A DNA stretch of 64,000 nucleotides from Eledone cirrhosa (Eukaryota): contig OZ024765.1 in assembly GCA_964016885.1 (NCBI GenBank), positions 4,898,001 through 4,962,000 on the forward strand, written 5' to 3'. The position numbers were made by a program, and so were the translations under genes. Positions 50,990 to 64,000 of this stretch are shown here, one piece after another. The stretch's first letter is position 1; each line of letters starts with the position of its first letter. Below the pieces are notes generated by a model. That model saw only the letters and a program-made list of their open reading frames with translations, searched no databases and had not been told where the DNA came from.

Positions 50990-51645
50990 TAATTACTACT
51001 ACTACTACTAGTTAACTATAGCAAATACTACTACTACTACTGATAATAATAATAATGTTACTAATGCAACTAGTATTACTAGTTGTATTAGTTAACTAGT
51101 AGTAGTAATACTAGTTGTATTAGTTAACTAGTAGTAGTAATACTAGTTGCATTAGTTAACTAATACAACTAGTATTACTATTACTACTATTAATGATAAT
51201 ACTAATGCAACTAGTATTACTACTACTACTACTACAGCCACCACCACCACTACTACTACAGCCACCACTAACACTACTACTGCTACTACAACTACTTAAC
51301 TATTATTTCAATTACTACTACACTACCACAACTACTATCACCACCACTACCACAACTACTACAACCACTACTACCACTATTACACTACCACTATTACTAC
51401 CACCACCACTACTACTACCACTACTACTACTACCACTACAACCACTACTACCACCACCACTACTACCACTACTACTACAACCACCACCACCACCACTACA
51501 ACCACCACTACTACCACTACAACCCCTACCACTACTACTACCACTACTACTACAACCACTACTACTACAACCGCTACCACCACCACCACTACAACCACCA
51601 CTACTACTACTACCACCACTACTACTACTACCACCACCACTACAT
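50990..51645. repeat. (ACT)n/(ACC)n trinucleotide tract
   Basis: Low complexity. Confidence 0.95.
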
Positions 51646-52466
51646 CAATCAACGTTTTCATAACTTATCATAAAACAGTTTCCATTCATATTTTTATCTC
51701 TCAACTGATTAAACAAAATGAACAGAAAGTCGGGGATCATTTTTAATGTAATGTCTCATGGTTGTATGTGTGTTTATATGTGTGTGTAAGATGATTGTAT
51801 GTGTGTGTGTGTAACATGTATCTGTAACATTAGGGTGTGTATGTGTGTGTGTAAGATGATTGTATGTGTGTGTGTGTGTGTGTAACATGTGTATGTGTGT
51901 GTAACATGTGTATGTGTGTGTAACATGTTTGTATGTGTGTGTGTAACATGTATATGTGTGTGTAACATGTATATGTGTGTGTATCTGTATCTAAAGTTAG
52001 GGTGTGTACGTGTATGTGTTTGTATGTGTGTGTGTAAGATGATTGTATGTGTGTGTGTGTAACATGTATATGTTTGTGTGTGTGTGTGTGTGTATCTGTA
52101 TCTAACGTGAAGGTGTGTATGTGTTTGTATGTGTGTGTGTAACATGTATATGTGTGTGTAACATGTTTGTGTGTGTGTGTATCTGTATCTAACGTTAGGG
52201 TGTGTACGTGTATGTGTTTATATGTGTGTGTGTAAGATGATTGTATGTGTGTGTAACATGTATATGTGTGTGTGTGTAACATGTTTGTGTGTGTGTATCT
52301 GTAACAACATTTGGGTGTGTATATGTTTATGTGTGTCTGTGTGTGTGTAACATGTTTATATATGTGTGTGTTCAACATTTTTATATATATGGCCTCAGCC
52401 AGATGGCTGAAACAGGTAAAAGAGTAAAAGAGTATATGTGTGTGTGTGTATCTGTGTAACTTGTTC

Positions 52467-52500
<34 letters not shown>

Positions 52501-52960
52501 ATAGAATATATGTGTGTGTCTGTGGGTAACTACGTTTCTGTGTTGATGCCGTGTGTGTGTGTGTGTAACAAGCATGTTTATATGTGTATAGCAATATATG
52601 TATTCATATATATATGTGTTTATATATATATATATATATATCTGTATTTATGTAACGTGTGTGTGTGTGTAACAAGCATGTTTATATATGTGTATGAGTG
52701 TATATATGTGTTTAGCAACATATATGTATTCATATATATACGTGTTTATGTGTTTATATATATATATATATCTGTATTTATGTAACATGCTTCTCTGTAT
52801 CTTTCACTGTATCAACAATAAAACATCTCTGAATATATAAAAACAATAAAATGTTTCATGTAGAAAATTTACTGGTGTTTGTCATTTTTTTTTTAAAATG
52901 AAGAATTCATTGTTTTTTAGTGTAGATTGTATGTATGTATGTATGTATATATATATGTCA

Positions 52961-53038
52961 GGTCACCAGTTGGTACTACTGGTAACATGTATCCCAGTAC
53001 AACCCGTCTGATGGTCGGGTCGTTGGCGACTAAACTGG
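52961..53038 (+). ncRNA. HDV-like self-cleaving ribozyme motif
   Basis: P1 GGTCA/TGGTC, P2 CCAGT/ACTGG, P3-L3 CA-ACCCGTC-TG, P1.1 CC/GG, P4 TCG-TTGG-CGA, J4/2 CTAA, in the correct nested double-pseudoknot order. Confidence 0.65.
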
Positions 53039-53562
53039 CAACCCCACCAAGGTTTCTTGGTGAGGTGGGTGACTTTGGACATCCTACAGGACTAAAAACA
53101 AAACCTGTCAAAGGACAAAGGAGCTCTTAAGAGTCAATGTCCATCCAAAACCACCGGGAGAGATGACCCCTTAGCCTTTGTCAAGGCAGAATTCTAGGAG
53201 AAGGAAAACTCTGATATAACACCTGCAACCCTGATGGTATCCAATGATGTTGACTTGTTCTTCTTTTTGGTAAATATCATCTTGGTTAAGAGAGTGGGAC
53301 TGGCTTTGTGCAGTGCCTTTGCTCACTATAAAAGCTTCACGGCACAGGCATTGCTTTATATCTGGAGATCTCTCTGCACTTGTCGTCACATGGTACCATG
53401 GGCCCAGCATTATGTGTCAATAATTGTCACAAGTGTAGTGTTTGTACCAGAGTTTTCAAGTCGCTGGATGGACTAAAAAGTCACACTCGTTCAGTGCATC
53501 GGTAGGGGTTCTCCTACATGGATTTAAAGTAGTGGCCGTACTCGAAAACGAGTTGGCAGCCA

Positions 53563-53565
<3 letters not shown>
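52961..53565 (+). mobile_element. Short internally deleted RTE-type retroelement: 5' HDV-like ribozyme, 5' UTR, C-terminal C2H2 remnant, 3' UTR
   Basis: HDV-like fold at 52961-53038; CTAGGAGAAGGAAAACTCTGA motif; 53419-53505 encodes NNCHKCSVCTRVFKSLDGLKSHTRSVHR* (C-x2-C-x12-H-x4-H); flanked by (TA)n. Confidence 0.7.
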
Positions 53566-53596
<31 letters not shown>

Positions 53597-53760
53597 TGGC
53601 TCATTGATTAAGATATCTACAAGCCACTCTCTCCTACTTCTCCAACACCTACATATCTTTCTTTCTCTCTCCCTCTTCCCTACTTTTCTCTCTTCCTTTT
53701 CTACTCTATCTTTCCCAACAACCCCACTTAAGGGTATTTACATTGTACATTTTACCATTC

Positions 53761-53872
53761 TGCTCTGAGGAAACAGTGGTCACAGCATTGGATATTTGAG
53801 TTCTGCAAGTACTTATGAATTTGTACGTAGCATAACTAGGCTGCAGTACCACCGTGGAAACACTTGTAAGCA
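53761..53872 (+). ncRNA. Type I hammerhead motif with long helix II insert, in a Penelope-like remnant (~53595-53925)
   Basis: TGCT-CTGAGGA-AACAGTGGT...ACCACCGTG-GAAA-CACTTG-TA-AGCA, followed by AATAAA. Confidence 0.65.
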
Positions 53873-54947
53873 CACAGAATAAATTACCTTTTTATGATGT
53901 CTACCTGTTATTATTCATTCTTTATATATATATATATATATATTCATTAGTTAAGCAAAACAAGACCACAAATCTCACAAGGAAGACGTTATTTAAAGAG
54001 TGTCAACATAGTTGCAGTTTAATGTAAGGAGTAATAATAATAATAATTGTTTCTACTTTTGGCACAAGGCCAGCAATTATCCCAGTGTATTACTGGTACT
54101 TTATTTTATCGACCCCCGTAAGGATGAAAGGCGAAGTTAACCTCGGCGGGATTTGAACTCAGAATGGCAAGGGTCGTAACTCTATGCGTCATAATAATAA
54201 TAATAATAATAATGTTGACACTCTTTAAATAATGTCTTCCTTGTGAGATTTGTGGTCTTGTTTTACTTAACTAATGAATATTTCCAGCTCTGTGCACCTA
54301 ATCCCTGCATGAACCCAGCCACCGAGCTGCCTTCCACTGCATATTGCACATTGAGCACATGCCTTTACACTTTTGGCTTCTAACTAATTCACCAATCTCT
54401 CTTCTCCTCTCCTATCTCCATCTCTCTCTTTAAGATTGGTTTACTCTTGAACCGGTATATATATATATATATATATATATACCGGCAACCGCTCTGTTTA
54501 ATTAACTCTTAAACGTTACTGGAATTCTATGAGAATCCAGCTTCTATAAATCTCCGCAGAAGCAAAGGGATATGCATCCTTGACAACCGTTAATGAGCAA
54601 GAAATGGCCGTCGGTTGCTTCCCTTTGCTTTTGCCAAGACTAAGTAAGTGACATTACTTTAAAAGTAATAGTGAATGGTCTTCAAAATGATTTTATGTTT
54701 TTAAACTAACTAACTAACTTACTTACTTCATTCATTCATTCATTCAGATCGGACCGGACCGGACCGGACCGGGGAAACAATGTTTCCGCTGGTCTTTCCA
54801 GCTGCTAATACTATCTATTGGTCGCAACTCCAGGTAGAAGGAGCAAAGTGAAATAAAGTGTCTTGCTCAAGAGCATAACGCATCGCCTGGTCCAGGAATC
54901 GAACTCACGATTACTCAGCCATGTGCCTTCATATATATATGTGTGTG

Positions 54948-55428
54948 TGTAGCGAAATCTGTCCACGCCTTGAACCCTGGGTGACACCTAAAAGTAAAAT
55001 TCTAGGTCACCATCCTTTTCGATGTGGACAGGTTCATGCGAGGGCGATGCCTGAAGGTGGGAGACAGAAAGCGACAGGTATATAAAGCCTGTATGATCCC
55101 ACGTTTACACACAGAGAGATCGGAGAATTACGCTAGCAAATAGCTATTTGAAAGATTCACCGCTACCTTCAGGCCGCAGAGGTCTACAGACAACCACAGA
55201 CCATTACTCTCTCTCTCTCTCTCTCTCCTGGTCTAAGACTACACCAGCCTCATGACCCAACAACAAAAATAACATTATCAACCTTTTCAACTCGTGGTAA
55301 CTTGTTTATTGTTCTTTTTCACTGAAGTAAAATAAACCTTTTTTATATAAAACGTAAATCAGTTATTCTTTTTATTTCATCTAACAATTTTTACTAATCC
55401 CTTCGTTACATTGGTGACCCCCGACGTG

Positions 55429-55464
<36 letters not shown>

Positions 55465-56917
55465 GAATTGGTATTTAAAAAAAAAAGAAAACAACACGCA
55501 GCTTTCTCCTGATCATGGCTTCCATTGCCAACATCAACAACTTTCTCTTACCAAGCTTCTCATCTATATGGTACGATATGATAAAACTTCACTTTTTTCA
55601 AATTATTCACCAAACTTCCATTCTACGGAATATTTACAGTGACCTTGCTTTGATGTTTCGATTCATTACCAAACACTTCACTACGTGCTTCGTAATCTAC
55701 AACAACAACAACAACAACAGAATACTACTAGCTTCCTAGCAAGAAAAGGATCACGTAAAGAAGAGAAAACTGAACTTTTTGTAAAGAACAATTATATAAA
55801 TATATATATATATATTTTTTTACAGGTTATATATGACCGTTCATATTTATTTTTTTTATATGTTGTACTGTATTATATGCCTGTATGAATAACACGTTTT
55901 GCATCAAACACACATCGTTTTCTTTGTCACACACCAACATGTTTTTGTCTATGGTATGTTCTGGATTCGGTTGGGTTTCTGCGAGATCACTTCTCAGCGG
56001 ATCGAGGTTCGGCAACAGTTATTAAACACATGAGAAACAACCCACGGGTACTACACGCCTGGACTCACTCAGGCACGCAACTCAAAATTGCACACACTCA
56101 TGTCATAGTGTAAACCTTGACTCACTGGAAAAGCATCTTACATTTGATAATACATCGAGAGAAATAGACCTCTGTGTTATCATATCGTAATCCGATACCG
56201 TAATCCCAACGTCCAGCCACCCATACACAACATATCGAAATACATGATCACATCTTTGTATATTTACAGTTTCTTTTAAATGTTACACACACACATGCAT
56301 ACACAGTTGTACGATTTTTTTTTCTCTCTCCAAATTTCTCTGCACTCGAAATGCGGTCGGAGTACCGACATTTTTGAGTGTTTTGGGACACACTTCTGGA
56401 ATCAGATTTCGCTACCCCTTTAATAATCGATCGCTGCTCCTGCATCGATCTAGGTAAAGAACTAATGTAGCGAAATCTGTCCACGCCATGAACCCTGCGT
56501 GACACCTAAAAGTCAAATTCTAGGTCACCATCCTTTTCGGTGCGGACAGGTTCATGCGTGGGCGATCCCTGAAGGTGGGAGACAGAAAGCGACAGGTATA
56601 TAAAGCCTGTATGATCCCACGTTTACACACAGAGAGATCGGAGCATTACGCTAGCAAATAGCTATGTGAAAGATTCCCCGCTACCTTCAGGCCGCAGAGG
56701 TCTACAGACAACCACAGACCATTACTCTCTCTCTCTCCTGGTCTAAGACTACACCAGCCTCATGAACCAACAACAAAAATAACATCGTCAACCTTTGCAA
56801 TTCGTGGTAACTTGTTTATTGTTCTTTTTGACTGAAGTAAAATAAACCTTGTTATATAAAAAGTAAATCAGCTAATCTTGTTATTTCATCTAACAACTTT
56901 TACTAATACCCTTCATT

Positions 56918-56920
<3 letters not shown>
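54948..56920 (+). mobile_element. Non-autonomous LTR retrotransposon (TRIM-like or internally deleted Gypsy): LTRs 54948-55410 and 56466-56920, tRNA-Trp PBS 55412-55430
   Basis: Two ~460-bp direct repeats with TG...CA ends, TATA (GGTATATAAAG) and AATAAA; TGGTGACCCCCGACGTGAT follows LTR1; 1055-bp interior has no intact ORF. Confidence 0.9.
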
Positions 56921-56958
<38 letters not shown>

Positions 56959-56960
<2 letters not shown>

Positions 56961-57090
56961 GAAGTGGTTACACAACAGTTAGTTCACACCATACCGAGAA
57001 CAATTGTTTCACCTTAGCGGATCCTCAGCTCCGCTAAGGTGAAACAATTGTTCTCGGTAAAGTGAACTAACTGTTGTGTAACCACTTCTA
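56959..57090. repeat. Fold-back inverted repeat containing a minimal hammerhead on the - strand (56996-57031)
   Basis: - strand GAG-CTGAGGA-TCCGCTAAGGT-GAAA-CAATTG-TT-CTC; related truncated copy at ~57170-57305 (GAAA-CACGTG-TC-CTC). Confidence 0.75.
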
Positions 57091-57449
57091 CCTAACTCGT
57101 CCCTTGGACTGGGTGCTCTACCACTACGGATATTACCTTCCAGTGTTCTACCACTATATATATATATATATATATAGTGTGTGTGAGAACACCGAGAGGT
57201 TATATCCGTAGTAAGTAGAGCACTCAGTCCATGGGACGAGTTCGGTATAAACTTAGTTCCACAACAGTTAGCAAAACATTTTTGAGGACACGTGTTTCAC
57301 CTTGCAAGTTTCTGGCTTTCTGCACGAGCATCCAGGTGGGGTTAAGTTCTTGGGGTTGGTGGTGATATGGGCTTTAGTTTCTGAAGCTCAAGTTTCATCT
57401 ACTCGACCAAACCAACAACAGGAAGTCAAAACGTATGTAGGTAAGTTAA

Positions 57450-57870
57450 AGAGGGACAAGGACAATATTGAAAATGTGCATTGAAGAGCAAAAAGACTTG
57501 CCCAAGGGCTCTCTTCACTACCCTACAATGAACGTCTTCAGGCTTTGGGACTCCCGACACTGGAGTAAAGCAGGCAGAGGACAGACATCATACAAGCTTT
57601 TAAAATACTAAGAGTTTAATAAAGTACAGTACACTATAAGGTGTCCTATCTGTCGCAATGCACTCTTGAGAGAGGCACTTATCAGGACTATCTGAAGACA
57701 AAACTGGAAGCCCCAGTTGCAACACCAACCAAGTCCTAGGGACCACTTCTGCACATTTGATCAACCACTGAAACGAGAAACAGTTGACACGCCCTCAGTC
57801 AACGTTTCTAAGTCAAAGCTCAAGAAGGAGTGGATCAACCACCAGCTCAAGTTTAACTATCGCTGTTCGT
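57450..57870 (+). mobile_element. CR1-clade LINE 3' remnant
   Basis: IENVH*RAKRLAQGLSSLPYNERLQALGLPTLE*SRQRTDIIQAFKILR resembles the CR1 ORF2 C-terminal motif. Confidence 0.8.
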
Positions 57871-58051
57871 ATTGATGTCCATCTGGGGGTCATCCATACC
57901 AAGTGATACTTGATACTTAGGAGAGGACTTTCTCTACCTTGGTATGAGTCTAATTACCTTTACCAGGTGCCAAATGACCATACCTAAGATATATATAAAT
58001 ATATATATAACACTTTTAAATAAACCTGAATCAACTGATTATGGCCTCCAT

Positions 58052-61000
58052 TATTCATCATCACCATCACCATCATCATTATCATCACCACCACCATCAT
58101 CATCACCATCACCATCACCACCATCACCATCACTACCATCATCATCATCACCATCATCATCATCACCGTCACCATCATCATCATCACCATCACCATCACC
58201 ACCATCACCATCACCATCATCATCACCATCATCACCATCACCACTACCATCACCATCACCACCATCACCATCATCATCACCATCATCACCATCACCATCA
58301 CCACCACCATCACCATCATCATCACCACCATCACCATCAACATCACCATCACCACCATCACCACCATCACCATCACCACCATCATCACCATCAACATCAC
58401 CACCATCATCACCACCACCACCATCATCATCATCACCATCATCATCACCATCACCATCACCACCATCATCATCACCACCATCACCATCACCACCACCATC
58501 ACCACCACCACCACCACCATCACCATCACCACCATCACCACCATCACCATCATCATCACCATCACCATCATCATTATCATCACCATCACCATCATCATCA
58601 CCATAATCATCACCATCACCATCATCATCATCACCACCATCACCATTACCATCAACATCACCACCATCACCACCACCATCATCATCACCATCACCATCAC
58701 CACCATCACCATCACCACCATCATCATCATCACCATCATCATCATCACCGTCACCATCACCATCATCACCATCACCATCACCACCATCACCATCACCATC
58801 ACCATCATCACCATCACCACTACCATCACCATCACCACCATCATCACCATCACCACCATCATCATCACCACCATCACCACTACCATCACCATCATCATCA
58901 CCACCATCACCATCAACATCACCATCACCACCATCACCACCATCACCATCACCACCATCATCACCATCAACATCACCACCATCATCACCACCACCACCAT
59001 CATCATCATCACCATCATCATCACCATCACCATCACCACCATCATCATCACCACCATCACCATCACCACCACCATCACCACCACCATCACCACCATCACC
59101 ATCACCACCATCACCACCATCACCATCATCATCACCATCACCATCATCATTATCATCACCATCACCATCATCATCACCATAATCATCACCATCACCATCA
59201 CCACCATCACCACCATCACCATCATCATCAACATCACCACCATCACCACCACCATCACCATCATCACCACCATCACCACCACCATCACCATCATCATCAT
59301 CACCACCATCACCACCACCACCACCATCACCACCATCACCACCACCATCGCCACCACCACCACCATCACCACCATCACCACCATCACCATCACCACCATC
59401 ATCACCATCAACATCACCACCATCATCACCATCATCACCATCACCATCACCATCACCATCACCACCACCATCACCACCATCACCATCACCATCAACATCA
59501 CCACCATCATCACCATCATCATCACCATCACCATCATCATCACCATCACCATCACCACCATCACCATCACCACCATCACCACCATCACCACCACCACCAT
59601 CACCATTACCATCAACATCACCACCATCACCACCATCACCACCATCACCACCATCACCACCATCACCACCACCACCATCATCATCACCATCATCACCATC
59701 ATCACCACCATCACCATCACCACCACCATCACCACCACCACCATCATCATCACCATCACCACCACCATTACCAACAGCACCATCACCCTCATCACCACCA
59801 CCACCACCACCACCATCACCATCACCACCACCATCATCACCATCACCACCATCACCATCATCACCACCATCATCACCATCACCATCATCACCACCACCAC
59901 CACCACCACCACCATCACCATCACCATCACCATCACCACCACCACCATCACCATCACCATCACCATCACCACCACCACCATCACCATCATCATCAACACC
60001 ACCACCACCACCACCACCACCATCACCATCATCATCACCACCATCACCATCATCACCACCACCACCACCACCACCATCACCATCACCACCACCATCATCA
60101 CCATCACCATCACCACCACCACCACCACCACAATCACCATCACCATCACCACCACCAACATCACCATCACCATCATCATCAACACCACCACCACCACCAC
60201 CACCACCACCATCACCATCATCATCATCACCACCATCACCATCACCACCACCATCATCACCATCACCATCACCATCACCACCACCACCACCACCACCACC
60301 ATCACCATCACCATCAACATCACCACCATCACCAACAGCACCATCACCATCACCACCACCACCATCACCATCACCACCACCACCACCACCACCACCACCA
60401 CCATCACCATCATCATCACCACCACCATTACCAACAGCACCATCACCATCACCACCACCACCACCACCACCATCACCATCACCATCACCACCACCACCAT
60501 CACCATCATCATCAACACCACCACCACCACCACCACCATCACCATCATCACCACCATCATCACCATCACCACCATCACCATCATCACCACCACCACCACC
60601 ACCATCACCATCACCATCATCACCACCACCATCACCATCACCATCATCATCAACACCACCACCACCACCACCACCATCACCATCATCACCACCATCACCA
60701 TCATCACCACCACCACCACCACCACCATCACCATCACCACCACCATCATCACCATCACCATCACCACCACCATCACCATCACCATCAACATCACCACCAT
60801 CACCAACAGCACCATCACCATCACCACCACCACCATCACCATCACCACCACCACCACCACCACCACCACCACCACCACCACCATCACCATCATCATCACC
60901 ACCACCATTACCAACAGCACCATCACCATCATCACCACCACCACCACCACCATCACCAACAGCACCATCACCATCACCACCACCATCATCACCATCACCA

Positions 61001-61097
61001 ACAGCACCATCACCATCATCATCACCATCACCACCACCATTACCAACAGCACCATCACCATCATCACCACCACCACCACCACCATCACCATCACCAT
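58052..61097. repeat. 3-kb (CAT/CAC)n trinucleotide satellite
   Basis: Low complexity; source of the poly-His, poly-V/M and poly-P/S ORFs. Confidence 0.97.
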
Positions 61098-62769
61098 TGT
61101 CATTTTGATGATGATAATAATAATTGTTTCTACTTTAGGCACAAGGCCAGCAATTACCCCAGTGCATTACTGGTACTTTATTTTATCGACCCCGTAAGGA
61201 TGAAAAGCAAAGTTAACCTTGACGGGATTTGAACTCAGACCATAAAGGGAGGTAACTCTATGCTTCAAAGCATGGCGTCCGAACCTCTACCGATTCTGCC
61301 AATCCAACCAATGGTTTCTGGTATAGGCACAAGGCCAGCAATTTTGGGGGAGGGTAAAGTCTATTAAATCACCCCAGTGCGTAACTGGTACTTTATTTTA
61401 TCGACTCCTTAAGGATGAAAAGCAAAGTTAACCTCGGCAGGATTTGAACTTAGACCATAAAGGGACATAACTCTATGCTAGAAAGCATGGCGTCCGACCG
61501 TCCAATGAGTCCCGGGTTCAATCGGGGGTAACTACAGTAAGTGAAGTACTCAATACATTAGTAGAGTATATACAAAATTTAATATAGAAATAGCTTCTAC
61601 GGGACTAGAACTGTTTCATTTGTAAGAAATCATCAGGAATATATATATATATCATAAAGAAGAGAGATAGTTTTAAATGTGCCTCCTCTGTTTATTGTAT
61701 AACTGTTTCTACTTTCGGCACAAGGCTAGCAATTATCTCAGTGCATTACTGGTACTTTATTTTATCGACCCCCGTAAGGATGAAAGGCAAAGTTAACCTC
61801 GGCGGGATTTGAACTGAGAATGGCAAGGGCCGTAACTCTTTGCTGCAAAGCATGGTGTCCGACCCTGCCAATCCACCTGATCCTATACAATAGAGGCAAC
61901 CATTCGGACCTCCCGGACCCCTAAATTCATAATGTCAAACCCCGTGGACCACTAATACGAATTTTTTTCAAAAAGATGAATACATTAACATTTTTGTTGC
62001 GGACCACCATTATTTCCTCGTGGGCCACTCGTTGGTGACCGCTGCAACAGAGGATGTACATTTAAAACTGTCTCTCTTCTTTATAATAATTCTTTCTACT
62101 TTTGGCACAAGGCCAGCAATTATCCCAGTGTATTACTGGTATTTTATTTTATCGAAAGGGTTAACCTTGGCGGGATTTGAACTCAGACCGTAAAGGGCCG
62201 TAACTCTATGCTGCAAAGCATGGCGTCTGACCCTCTACCGATACTGCCAATCCACAGTCCTCTTTTCTTTATAATAAAGGTTTCTGATTTAAGCACAAGG
62301 CCAACAATTTTTAAGTCGATTAAATCGACCCAGTGCATTACAAGTGCTTTATTTCATCGACCCCCGTAAGGTGACCCCCAGAGATAACCTCAGGGCAGGA
62401 TCTGAACTCAGATCGCAGAGGGGCGTAACTCTATGCTATAAAGTATGTTGTTCGACGCTCTACCGGTACTGCTATGACACTCCATTGGATAACTTATTGA
62501 TAATACTTTAAAGAACACAAATCGCAGTGCTTTACTTTTGTTTATTACTAAAGTCGGTAGATTATTTTATTTGATTAATAAAGTACCAGTAATGCACTGG
62601 TGTTATTGCTGGCCTTGTGCCTAAAGTATAAACAATTATTTTATTTGATTAACCAACTTTTCTTTACGTTATATATATATATATATATATATTTCACTAA
62701 ATTCTGTGGATGAATTTGTATCCTGATTCTCTTTTGAGATGAGTTTGAATTATTTTTCCTAAATCTTAC

Positions 62770-62927
62770 GTTAACTACTTTTCCCATCTTGACGTTATAG
62801 TCGCATATATGCTATAGAATACTATTAGCTTCTCGCTAAAACAATCTCTATACCTTTCATTTATATATATATATATATATATATATAGTAATAAACGAAA
62901 GATTATATACTTTATATCATCTCTATT

Positions 62928-62961
<34 letters not shown>

Positions 62962-63212
62962 ACATACATACACACATACATACATATTTAAATATATGTC
63001 AGTTTATTTTATCGATTAGCAATTGGACATATTTTAAACGGGGAACGGTGTTAATGTTACACCGTCAACATGGCGTGCTATGTAGGAACTTTGTACAGTG
63101 GGCTACATCTATGTTTATTATAACGGAGGTAAATACTTCATCAAGCGTTGAATATACACTGTTTATTTTATTTATGGCTACTACTTCGTTTTCAGACCAC
63201 AGACAACTTCAG
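62770..63212. promoter_or_regulatory. Candidate bidirectional promoter with outward-facing first exons
   Basis: - strand CAAGATGGGAAAAGTAGTTAAC|gtaaga (62787-62770, MGKVVN); + strand AACATGGCG at 63067, donor GAG|gtaaat at 63128, 67-nt intron, 17-nt exon 63196-63212 with CAG|gtaatt; locally CpG-containing. Confidence 0.45.
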
Positions 63213-63287
63213 GTAATTTCCGTGTGAACGAAAATAACGTCAGTTACATGTATTTAAACATGTATGTTTATGTTCGTCTACCGGTAG

Positions 63288-63730
63288 CGTGTTGTGTCCT
63301 TGAGAAAGACACTTTATTTCACGTTGCTCCCCTCCACTATGTCCTTAAGCAAGACACTTTATTTCACGTTACTCCAATCCACTGTGTCCTTAAGCAAGAC
63401 ACTTTATTTCACGATGCTCCAGTTCACCGTGTCCTGGAGCAAGACACTTTATTTCACGATGCTCCAGTTCACTGTGTTCTTAAGCAAGACACTTTATTTC
63501 ACGTTGCTTCAGTTCACCGTGTCCTGGAGCAAGACACTTTATTTCACGTTGCTTCAGTTCACCGTGTCCTGGAGCAAGACACTTTATTTCACGATGCTCC
63601 AGTTCACTGTGTTCTTAAGCAAGACACTTTATTTCACGTTGCTTCAGTTCACTGTGTTTTTAAGCAAGACACTTTATTTCACGTTGCTTCAGTTCACCGT
63701 GTCCTGGAACAAGACACTTTATTTCACTCA
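63288..63730 (+). repeat. 42-bp minisatellite (~10 copies) from the SINE core GTCCTTGAGCAAGACACTTTATTTCAC
   Basis: Tandem units, followed by the remainder of the SINE (ACTCAGCTGGCAAAA). Confidence 0.9.
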
Positions 63731-64000
63731 GCTGGCAAAATATTTAAACATGTGTAATTTGTAATTTGAAGGGCCAGCCTTGAGTAATTGTTTGCTATTG
63801 TCTCGCTTTAGAGGTGAAATTGTTGTTTAAATAAACCTGCCCTTCAGAACCATCGGAAATTATTAGTTTTAATTTTCTTTATTAAGTTGAATTGGAAATG
63901 GTGGTGCCGGCGTACACCCCCTCCCCCAGGCTACACCAAACACTTGGGAAGTTGCCATGTCTTTGGCACAGCAAAAGACTCTTCCTGACTCTGTATTTGG

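Noticed and set aside
57944-61232. 1063-aa poly-His, 1052-aa poly-V/M and P/S-rich ORFs
   Set aside because: By-product of a (CAT/CAC)n tract that lacks stops in several frames; ends run into SINE and LINE remnants.

Overview
Repeat-dense, AT-rich eukaryotic DNA, most likely from an octopus (inferred from the SINE families and extreme microsatellite density; not verified). Almost all long ORFs in the supplied track are artefacts of micro/minisatellites. The real coding content is the 3' part of a + strand gene: 8 phase-compatible GT-AG exons between 175 and 35567, about 459 aa. It encodes a type I membrane protein with a fibronectin type III domain split by a Ser/Thr/Ala-rich insert, a mucin-like stalk, one TM helix and a non-catalytic tail with tyrosine motifs and a C-terminal PDZ ligand (ERTAL). 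The rest is SINEs, LINE remnants (Tx1/L1-like, RTE, CR1, Dong/R4-like), hAT/TcMar/piggyBac MITEs, a short two-LTR element with a tRNA-Trp PBS and many minisatellites that arose inside transposons. The most notable unannotated signal is a set of self-cleaving ribozyme motifs: several type I hammerheads with palindromic helix III (Penelope-like/retrozyme type), some at the centre of fold-back palindromes, and an HDV-like ribozyme at the 5' end of a ~600-bp internally deleted RTE element. A possible bidirectional promoter lies near 62.8-63.2 kb. All folds and splice models were derived by eye and need computational or experimental confirmation.
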